The position numbers and the translations under genes were made by a program. The notes under the pieces were generated by a model that did no database searches, had not been told where the DNA came from, and worked only from the letters and a program-made list of their open reading frames with translations. A DNA stretch of 64,000 nt from an uncultured Gemmatimonadaceae bacterium. Its GTDB lineage: Bacteria; Gemmatimonadota; Gemmatimonadetes; Gemmatimonadales; Gemmatimonadaceae. The stretch is taken from NCBI GenBank assembly GCA_963843845.1, contig CAWJMB010000002.1:1312001-1376000 (forward strand). Reading direction: 5' to 3'. Positions 52,972 through 64,000 of the stretch are shown here, one piece after another. Each line of letters starts with the position of its first letter. Position 1 is the first letter of the stretch.

Positions 52972-53004
52972 CTGCCCCGTATCCGTTCATTTCCTGCTCA
53001 CGCC

Positions 53005-54582
<1,578 letters not shown>

Positions 54583-54588
54583 TCCGTC

Positions 54589-55442
54589 ATGGCCAAAGGA
54601 CGCGAGCTGAAGGGCCGCATCAAATCCGTCGAGAACACGCGGAAGATCACGCGCACGATGGAGATGGTGGCGACCTCGAAAATGAAACGGGCACAGGACC
54701 GCGTGCAGGCGGCGCGCCCGTACGCCGCCGCGTTGGGCGAGGTGCTGTCGCGCCTGTACTCACCGGAGCTGGCAGAGCGCTTTCCGCTGCTGCGGCAGCC
54801 TGCGCAGCAGCGCCGCGTCGCCGTGCTGCTCCTCACGTCGAACCGCGGGCTCGCCGGCGGGTTCAACGCGAACCTCATCAAGGAGGCGCGGTCGACGCTC
54901 GCTGCGCTCGAGGGACGCCGAGCCGAGGTCGAGCTGCACGTCGTCGGACGGAAAGGGATCGGCTTCTTCAAGTACGTCGGCCGCACACTCGCGTCGCAGC
55001 GGTCGGATCTCACGGACCGGCCGAGCGCGGCCGACGCGGCGTCGCTCGTCGACGAGCTGATGGCGCGCTTCGTCGGCGGTGAGCTGGACGGCGTGCACGT
55101 CATCTACTCGCGCTTCCTCGGCGCCCTCTCCACCCCGCCGACGACGTTGCAGGTGCTCCCGGTGCAGCCACCGAGCAGCGCCGACGCGGCGCAGGCCCGC
55201 GATTACATCCTCGCGCCGTCGGCCGAGGCGATCCTCACCGAGCTGTTGCCGAGCTACGTGCGCAACGCGGTCTATCGCGCGCTCGCCGAGAACGAGGCGA
55301 GCTTCCAGAGCTCGCAGCGGAACGCGATGAAGAGCGCGACCGACAATGCGACCGAGCTGTTGAACGTCTACAAGCGCACGTACAACCGCGCCCGCCAGGC
55401 GCAGATCACGCAGGAGATCGCGGAGATCGTCGGCGGCGCCGC

Positions 55443-55452
<10 letters not shown>
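54589..55452 (+). CDS. atpG: F1 ATP synthase subunit gamma
   Basis: RIKSVENTRKITRTMEMVA, TSNRGLAGGFN, AMKSATDNA, YNRARQAQITQEI. Confidence 0.98.
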
Positions 55453-57276
<1,824 letters not shown>

Positions 57277-57314
57277 GACGGCGTGGTGTGGCCCGGTGTG
57301 GCCCGTCGTCTGCG

Positions 57315-57348
57315 ATGCGGCGCCGAGGGAGCTCCCTCGGCGCCGCAT
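57315..57348. terminator. Perfect 34-bp palindrome after the atp operon (probable terminator hairpin)
   Basis: atgcggcgccgagggag|ctccctcggcgccgcat. Confidence 0.65.
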
Positions 57349-57589
57349 TCGTCGTCCGGGGGCGCTCCGAACGCCGGCGAGTGCCGCGCTCGCGGAACCG
57401 AACGGCCCCGGCGTTCGTTGGAGCGCGAAAGCTCAGCAGTGTGAGGAATGGGTGACCGGTGGTCTGCGGATCGGGTCTTCCCTTCTCGCCGCTGGCGAGT
57501 GTGCGCGGCACGATCGGAAGTGTGTCGTGGGTAGATCGTGAGTACGTGGTGAGCAGGTCGTGGGTTCGTCATTCCGAGAGGAGGATGCA

Positions 57590-60500
57590 ATGACGCGTGG
57601 AACGCGTGGGGCACAGTGGGTGCTCGCAGCGGCGGTGACCGCGACGAGTGCGGTCACGGCCGGAGCACAGCAGCAGACCGGCGTGGTACAGGGCCGGATC
57701 ACCGATCGGGTCAGTGGGCAGCCGCTCGTGGCGGCGCAGGTGCAGATCGTGGGAACGACCCGCGGAGCGCAGACGACCGAGGACGGTCGCTTCCGCATCG
57801 CGGGCGTGCCCGCGGGGACCGTGCAGCTCCGGGTGCTGCGCATCGGCTATCGGGCGTCGACGCAGTCGGTGACGGTGAGTGCGGGCAGCACGGCGACGGC
57901 GGACTATGCGCTGGACGTCTCCGCCGTGAGCCTGGACCAGGTCGTCGTCTCGGCGACTGGCGCGACCGAGCGCAAGCGCGAGAACGGCAGCGACGTCGGT
58001 GTGATCAAGCCGGGCGAGAAGGTGTCGATCGCGGCGACGCCGACGCTCACGAACGTGCTCGCCGGAAAGACGGCTGGCCTCACGATCACACAGCAGGCCG
58101 GCACGCCGGGCACCGGGTCGCGCATCCGGATCCGCGGGTCGAACTCCGTGTCGCTCTCCAACGAGCCGCTGCTCATCATCGACGGCGTGCGTGTGAATAA
58201 CGACGTCGCCGCGTCGTCGCTCGGCGTCGGCGGCGCGCAGACGAACCGTTTCGACGACATCAATCCCGAAGACATCGAGTCGATCGAGGTCCTGAAGGGG
58301 CCCGCGGCGTCGGCGCTCTACGGTACCGCGGCGGCGAACGGCGTCATCCAGATCGTGACGAAGACGGGGCGAAACGGCAAGACGGCGTACCGCGCGTACG
58401 CGCAGGGCGGCATTCTCGAAGACCCGACGACCTATCCGACCAACTACTTCACGTCCGGGTTCAGCGGGGCGTCGGGGACGGCGGCGTTCGCCGGCAACTG
58501 CGTGCTCGACTCGCAGCTCCGCGGGCTGTGCCGGCGTGATCAGGTCGTGTCGTTCAACCCGCTCGAGTTCTACGACGTGCAGAAGCGCGGAAGCATCGCC
58601 GACTTCGGCGCGAGCGTCGCCGGGGGCGGGGACGCGGCACAGTACTTCGTGAGCTTCGACGGCAACATCACGCAGGGCACGACGGCGCCGAGTCGCGTGC
58701 GCGGCAACAGCGGGCGCGCGAACATCAACGCGCGCCTGCGCCAGAACCTCACGACGCAGGTCACGACGAACTACATCGACCGAGCGATCGGCCTGCCGTA
58801 CAACGACAACAACATCTATGGCGTCGTGCCGAACGGAACGCTCGGCAAGGCAGGGAACTGCGTCGCGGGGAACACGTCGCCGGCATGCGTGAGCGGCACG
58901 AACCGGGACACCCTCAGCGCCGGCTTCTACTCGCGCCAGCCGAGCACGTTCTACTTCGTCCAGAACCAGCAGCGTGTGCGCCGCTTCGTCGCCGGCAACA
59001 CGACGACGTGGCAGGCCACCTCCTGGCTCACCGGCGTCGCGCAGCTCGGCCTCGACTCGGATGCGTCGGCGGACGAGTATCTCAATCCGGCGAACATCGT
59101 CACGGACATCAACGCCGGGCTCGCCGAGGGAGCGCGGACGCGCCGCTCGTACGCGAATCAGAACTACACGATCAACACCAGCCTCACGGCGTCGCGGAGC
59201 CTGTTCGAGAACTGGCAGAGCCAGACGTCGATCGGCGGGCAGTTCATCGATGAGCGCCGAAGCTACACACAGGGCACCGGCCGTCAGCTGGTTCCGGGCA
59301 CGGGCTCGCTCGCCACGGTGGGCGCGGGCAAGGACGTCGCGGAGCTGAACCAGCAGATCAAGACGATCGGCGGATACGCCCGCGAGCAGCTCGCGTACCG
59401 CGACCGGATCTTCGTCACGGGTTCTCTCCGCGCCGACGAGAACAGCGCGTTCGGTAAGAACTTCGAGCTCGCGTACTATCCGGCGGCCAGCGTGTCGTGG
59501 GTGATCTCGGAGGAGCCGTTCTTCCGCAACGTCCCGCTGCTCGGCAGCGGCGCGCTCGACCAGGTGCGTCTCCGCTCCTCCTACGGCCGTTCGGGGCAGC
59601 GCCCGGGCTTCCGCCAGTCCGACACGTACCTCAGCGCGGTCTCGGTGGCGGGGAGCGGCGGGCAGGAGCTCACCGCGGTCGTGATCGGCGGCACGGGCAA
59701 CGTGTCGCTCAAGCCCGAGATCTCGGACGAGGTCGAGGTCGGTGCGGATGCGAGCTTTCTCAAGAACCGACTCGGCGTGACGTACACGTACTTCACGAAG
59801 TCGACGCGCGACGCGCTGATCGCGCAGACGCTCGCGCCGTCGCTCGGCGCCACGAACACGCGGTTCCAGAACCTCGGCCGGGTGAACAACTCGGGGCACG
59901 AGCTGCAGCTGAATACGGTCCCCGTCGATCTCCGCAACCTGCGGTTCACGCTCGACTTCACGGGGTCGACGCTGCGCAACGACCTGAAGCAGCTCGGCGG
60001 CGTTCCGCCGATCATCTTCAACGGCGCCCGCCAGCGGCACCAGGAAGGGTACCCGCTCGGCGGGTTCTTCCAGCGCCAGTACACGTACGCCGACAAGAAC
60101 GGCGACGGGCTCATCTCGCGCGTCGGCTGCACGTCGGCCGTCGGCGGCACCAACGATGCCGCGTGCGAGGTGATCCTCGGCGACACGGCGACGGCGGCGC
60201 AGTATCTCGGGCCTGTGCTCCCGACGCGCGAGCTGTCGGTGACGCCGACGCTGACGCTGTTCAAGAACCTGCGCTTCGGGGCGCTCGTGCAGTACCGCGG
60301 CGGCAACCGGATCTTCAATCAGACCGAAGAGTTCCGCTGCACGTCATCGGCGATCCGCAACTGCCGGGGCATCAACGATCCGAACGCGCCGCTCGACCAG
60401 CAGGCGGCCGCGATCGCGTTCGCGCTCGGCGGCACGAGCGCGGGATACATCCAGAAGGGAGACTTCACGCGCCTGCGCGAGGTCTCGGCGACGTTCAGCC

Positions 60501-60700
60501 TCCCGCGCCGCTTCACGTCGCTCGGCGGCATCGACGTCGCGAACGTGACGCTCGCCGGCCGCAACCTGGCGACGTGGACGAAGTACCGTGGGCTCGATCC
60601 AGAGATCAACCAGGCCGCGGCGAACGGATTCTCGCAGGCCGAGTTCCTCACGCAGCCGCTGCTCCGGCAGTTCTCGCTGCGCCTCGACCTGACGTTCTAA
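57590..60700 (+). CDS. SusC/RagA family TonB-dependent outer-membrane transporter
   Basis: Signal peptide, CarboxypepD-like domain, plug SNEPLLIIDGV and DINPEDIESIEVLKGPAASALYGTAAANGVI, LKPE, terminal Phe. Confidence 0.95.
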   Translation: MTRGTRGAQWVLAAAVTATSAVTAGAQQQTGVVQGRITDRVSGQPLVAAQVQIVGTTRGAQTTEDGRFRIAGVPAGTVQLRVLRIGYRASTQSVTVSAGSTATADYALDVSAVSLDQVVVSATGATERKRENGSDVGVIKPGEKVSIAATPTLTNVLAGKTAGLTITQQAGTPGTGSRIRIRGSNSVSLSNEPLLIIDGVRVNNDVAASSLGVGGAQTNRFDDINPEDIESIEVLKGPAASALYGTAAANGVIQIVTKTGRNGKTAYRAYAQGGILEDPTTYPTNYFTSGFSGASGTAAFAGNCVLDSQLRGLCRRDQVVSFNPLEFYDVQKRGSIADFGASVAGGGDAAQYFVSFDGNITQGTTAPSRVRGNSGRANINARLRQNLTTQVTTNYIDRAIGLPYNDNNIYGVVPNGTLGKAGNCVAGNTSPACVSGTNRDTLSAGFYSRQPSTFYFVQNQQRVRRFVAGNTTTWQATSWLTGVAQLGLDSDASADEYLNPANIVTDINAGLAEGARTRRSYANQNYTINTSLTASRSLFENWQSQTSIGGQFIDERRSYTQGTGRQLVPGTGSLATVGAGKDVAELNQQIKTIGGYAREQLAYRDRIFVTGSLRADENSAFGKNFELAYYPAASVSWVISEEPFFRNVPLLGSGALDQVRLRSSYGRSGQRPGFRQSDTYLSAVSVAGSGGQELTAVVIGGTGNVSLKPEISDEVEVGADASFLKNRLGVTYTYFTKSTRDALIAQTLAPSLGATNTRFQNLGRVNNSGHELQLNTVPVDLRNLRFTLDFTGSTLRNDLKQLGGVPPIIFNGARQRHQEGYPLGGFFQRQYTYADKNGDGLISRVGCTSAVGGTNDAACEVILGDTATAAQYLGPVLPTRELSVTPTLTLFKNLRFGALVQYRGGNRIFNQTEEFRCTSSAIRNCRGINDPNAPLDQQAAAIAFALGGTSAGYIQKGDFTRLREVSATFSLPRRFTSLGGIDVANVTLAGRNLATWTKYRGLDPEINQAAANGFSQAEFLTQPLLRQFSLRLDLTF

Positions 60701-60729
60701 GCCGACTCGTACCGCGGAGACTCCTTCTC

Positions 60730-62151
60730 ATGAAGCCTTTGACTCACTCGTTCCGCCGCGGCGCCGTGCGCGCGGCGTCTGCCGGGACGCTGGCGCTCGC
60801 GGGCGCCAGCCTCGCGGCCTGCAATCTCGACGAGACGATCTCGGTGCCGGACGTCGACGTCGCGACGCCCGAGGCGGTGGCGAACCGTGCCGGGCTCCCC
60901 GTGATCTACGCGGGCGGCCGCGCCGACTTCTCGCTCGCGTTCGGCGGCACCGACCACGCGGTCACGATGCCTGGTCTGCTCGCCGATGAACTGCGCGACA
61001 TCGATACGTTCCCGACGCGCATCGAGGTCGACCAGCGCAACATCACCCCGTCCAACGGGCTGTTCACGACGAACGGAACGATCAGCACGTGGTACCGCGA
61101 CATGCAGCGCGCCCGGGCGTCGATCTCGCGAGCCACGGAGGCGTTCGCGCAGTACGATCCGACGAACGTGCAGCGCGGGGAGCTCCACGCGCTGAGCGCC
61201 GAGCTGTACAACTTCTTCGGCGAGGACTTCTGTAACGGGATCGCGTTCAGCACGCTCGCCGCAGACGGGAGCACGACGTTCGGTACGCCCCAGACGGTCT
61301 CCCAGGTGTTCGACCGGGCGATCGCTCAGGCCGATTCGGCGCTCGCGATCGCTCGCGCCGGAACGAGCGAAGCGTATCTCGCGCAGGTCGCGAAAGGGCG
61401 CGCGCTGCTGAACCAGGGGAAGGCCGCCGAGGCGGCGGCCGCGGTGGCCGGCGTACCGGTGACGTTTCAGTATCAGGTGTTCTTCTCGGAGAACAGCACG
61501 CGCGAGAACAACGGCATCTTCGTGAACACGAGCGCCGTGTCCAAGCGTTTCGCAGTGGCCGACCGGGACGGCGGCAACGGGCTGCCGTTCCGCACGCTGG
61601 GCTGGAACCAGGCGACCGGGAACGGCGACATCCGCGTGCGCTGGGTCCAGTCGGGGATCGGACAGGACGGTACGTCGCCGGCCTACTACACGCTGAAGTA
61701 CCCGAGCCGCTCGGCGCCCGTCACGCTCGCCGACGGGATCGAAGCCCAGCTCATCATCGCCGAGAACCAGCTCCGGCTCGGGAATACGACGGCGTACCTG
61801 CAGACGCTGAACGACCTGCGAGCGAACATGACGATCCTCGGTCGTGTCCCCATCACGCAGGCGGGGCAGACGGCAACGGCGCTCGCGCCGCTCGCCGACC
61901 CCGGCACGGCTGCCGGTCGCGTGGACCAGCTGTTCCAGGAGCGCGCGTTCTGGATGTACCTCACCGGACACCGCCTCGGCGACCTGCGGCGGCTCGTCCG
62001 CCAGTACGGTCGCGGCACCGAGTCGGTGTTTCCCACGGGGACGTACACCGGCGCGGCCGGCGGCACGTTCGGTCGTGACGTGAACTTCCCGGTGCCGGTC
62101 GACGAGCAGAACAACGCGTCGGCGCCGGCGTGCACGGATCGCAACGCGTGA
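60730..62151 (+). CDS. SusD/RagB family lipoprotein
   Basis: Lipobox LAAC; LADE, LIIAE, QERAFWMYLTGHRLGDLRR, FPVP..E; directly after SusC. Confidence 0.9.
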   Translation: MKPLTHSFRRGAVRAASAGTLALAGASLAACNLDETISVPDVDVATPEAVANRAGLPVIYAGGRADFSLAFGGTDHAVTMPGLLADELRDIDTFPTRIEVDQRNITPSNGLFTTNGTISTWYRDMQRARASISRATEAFAQYDPTNVQRGELHALSAELYNFFGEDFCNGIAFSTLAADGSTTFGTPQTVSQVFDRAIAQADSALAIARAGTSEAYLAQVAKGRALLNQGKAAEAAAAVAGVPVTFQYQVFFSENSTRENNGIFVNTSAVSKRFAVADRDGGNGLPFRTLGWNQATGNGDIRVRWVQSGIGQDGTSPAYYTLKYPSRSAPVTLADGIEAQLIIAENQLRLGNTTAYLQTLNDLRANMTILGRVPITQAGQTATALAPLADPGTAAGRVDQLFQERAFWMYLTGHRLGDLRRLVRQYGRGTESVFPTGTYTGAAGGTFGRDVNFPVPVDEQNNASAPACTDRNA

Positions 62152-62177
62152 GCTGACGCTGATGCAGTAAGTCGTAG

Positions 62178-62216
62178 AGCGGGGGCTGGCATTGCGATGC
62201 CAGCCCCCGCTTCGTT
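62178..62216 (+). terminator. Terminator hairpin after susD
   Basis: agcgggggctggcat-tgcg-atgccagcccccgct followed by tcgtt. Confidence 0.75.
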
Positions 62217-62307
62217 CGGTGCTCATCGCGACACGTCCGGTGCCGCCGCACGATCGTTGCATCGTGCCGCGGCGATGCCGACATCAATTCCACGCTACAC
62301 TCGCCGC

Positions 62308-63015
62308 GTGCGGCCGACAGCCCGGCTCGTCTCGCCGCCCGTCGTCGGGCTCGCGATGGGACTCGCGCTCACCGCGAGCGCTCAGGCGCTTCGCGCGCAA
62401 GCGCCGGGGCTCGCCGTGATGCAGGGAGCATTTCCCGGAACCGGATTCGCGGCCGCGGTGAATGGCGGGCGAGCCGACGGACAGACGGCGATCCTGGCGG
62501 CCGTTGGCTTCGGCGCGCGCTCCGGCGGGCTGCACCTCGACCTCGGCGCCGGCGCGCTCGGTGGGTCGCGCGCAGGCTACCGCGGCACGCGCGCGACGTA
62601 CGGTGGGCGGCTCGCCGTCCGGGTGGCGCAGCTATTCGATGCGCGGGTGGCGATCACTCCGTTCGCAGGCTTCGGCTCGACGCGCGGCACGGTCGAGCGC
62701 ACCAACAGGACGGTGCAGACAGACCAGACGCCGATCGGCGCGGCGATCGGCGGTCGCCTCGCGCTCGGATCGGCAGGTCGCGCCGTGGCGCTGTCGGCGG
62801 CGCCGTTCTATGGGCTCTACCGCCAGAGTGGCGACAGCCTGGAGACGAAGACGACGGGCCGCGTTCGCGCGACGCTGAGCGCCGAGGTGGCCGCGACACC
62901 GCACGTCGGCGTGTCGCTCAGCGTGGAAGCGGGGCAGAACGCGGGCGCGACCGGCATCGGTCCGAGCGGGACGCTCGTGTCTGCTGGCGTGTCGTTCGCT
63001 TTCGGCCGGCGCTGA
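62308..63015 (+). CDS. Hypothetical exported beta-barrel-like protein (start approximate)
   Basis: Signal-like segment, Gly-rich alternating strands, C-terminal VSAGVSFAF. Confidence 0.6.
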   Translation: MRPTARLVSPPVVGLAMGLALTASAQALRAQAPGLAVMQGAFPGTGFAAAVNGGRADGQTAILAAVGFGARSGGLHLDLGAGALGGSRAGYRGTRATYGGRLAVRVAQLFDARVAITPFAGFGSTRGTVERTNRTVQTDQTPIGAAIGGRLALGSAGRAVALSAAPFYGLYRQSGDSLETKTTGRVRATLSAEVAATPHVGVSLSVEAGQNAGATGIGPSGTLVSAGVSFAFGRR

Positions 63016-63564
63016 TCGGAGCGGATCCCGGTGCTGGAGCGCTTCGTTCCGGCGCTCCGTGAGGAACCGCGACGGCTCGGTGACGAACCGCCACGAGCCG
63101 AGGTCTCATCGAGTTGTCGCGCTGACGGATGGGAACGACCGCGGCGGGCGTGCCATACCTTGCGCACGTCCGGATCGGACCCTAATCTGACCGCGCTACG
63201 TCCCTAGGCCACGCGAGTGACCTCGCCGTGCTGTTCGCACGTGCGCGACACCCCACCTGGCTCCTGCCCTGACGCTGTCCTCCCGGACGATTCGTGGTGT
63301 GCTGATTCGACACCACGAATCGGAGAAACGTTTGCTCGCCGTCCGGCTGCCGCTCCATCGCCTCTTACGCAATCGGCCTCGGCGTCGTTTCACCCTTCCC
63401 ATCCGTAGCCGCGGTTCCATGCGATGAGCGTGGCGCGACCTCACACATTCGCTGTGTTCCATCGGCCACTCGGGCTCGCTCGCCGGAGCGGGATCCGCGT
63501 GTTCGCTGCTGTACTGCACGACGGTCGGTCGGTTGTACGCCCATTCACCACTCGAGGAAGCGAC

Positions 63565-64000
63565 ATGAGGTCAATTCGTTCTCAGACGATGACGCTCGCG
63601 GCGGTGCTGTTGCTCGGACCAGGGATCGCGGTCTCTGCTCAGGCACAGTCTGTCATCACCGGACGCGTGACGTCCGAGCAAGGCGTCACTCTGCAAGGCG
63701 CGAACGTCTTCATCACCGAGCTCCAGATCTCGGTGGGAACGAATGCGAACGGCGTGTACACGATCACCGTGCCGCAGGCGCGCGTGAGTGGCCAGACGGT
63801 CCAGCTTCGTGCACGGTCGGTCGGCTTCGTGCCGACGGCGCGGCCGATCACTCTGTCGACCGGCTCGCAGACGGTGAACTTCGAGCTCAAGAACGACGTG
63901 CTCCGCCTGTCGGAGATCGTCGTGACGGGCGTGACGGAAGGGACGGAGCGCGCGAAGGTGCCGTTCGCGATCGGCCGCGTGACCGAGAAGGACCTTCCGG
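63565..64000 (+). CDS. Second SusC/RagA family transporter, N-terminal part (runs off the window)
   Basis: gagg SD; MRSIRSQTMTLAAVLLLG signal, VITGRVTSEQG..LQGANVFI, LSEIVVTG. Confidence 0.85.
   Translation, partial: MRSIRSQTMTLAAVLLLGPGIAVSAQAQSVITGRVTSEQGVTLQGANVFITELQISVGTNANGVYTITVPQARVSGQTVQLRARSVGFVPTARPITLSTGSQTVNFELKNDVLRLSEIVVTGVTEGTERAKVPFAIGRVTEKDLP

Noticed and set aside
63141..63155. Sigma-54-like GG-N10-GC motif on the minus strand
   Set aside because: It lacks the TT/CT before GC, points antisense into a gene end, and is expected by chance at this GC content

Overview
Core-chromosome segment of a very GC-rich diderm bacterium. The gene repertoire (SusC/SusD pairs, PorX-like regulator, short SigA-family sigma factor, lipid A genes) fits Gemmatimonadota, which is an inference. 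In order, the window holds yebC-ruvC-ruvA-aminotransferase and ruvB; a PorX-like/MsbA-like/GT4/LpxL-like envelope cluster; tyrS; PBP1A, PHP, amidohydrolase and HNH genes; an amidase; a five-gene histidine kinase/sigma-54 activator/outer-membrane/DUF4390-like operon; acyl-CoA synthetase-NYN/LOTUS RNase-MPG; tdh-ankyrin-kbl; a histone H1-like protein; mutM; an RlmI-like methyltransferase divergent from a stand-alone 23S-5S rRNA unit with no 16S; HD-GYP; rho-ruvX-mltG; mlaD; six tRNAs; a sigma factor; mlaF-NUDIX; an F1-only atpAGDC operon; and tandem SusC/SusD genes. Many genes between about 6.4 and 29.6 kb carry multiple indels, most likely long-read consensus errors. I found no mobile element, CRISPR array or clear defence system, and no demonstrably new system. 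The best leads are the unlinked 23S-5S unit with tandem promoters and processing stems, the candidate envelope-stress sigma-54 operon, a 51-aa ORF absent from the ORF track with a sigma-54-type promoter, a Rex/CRP-type operator at atpA, a NYN-LOTUS RNase with a large disordered tail, and an ankyrin gene inserted into tdh-kbl.
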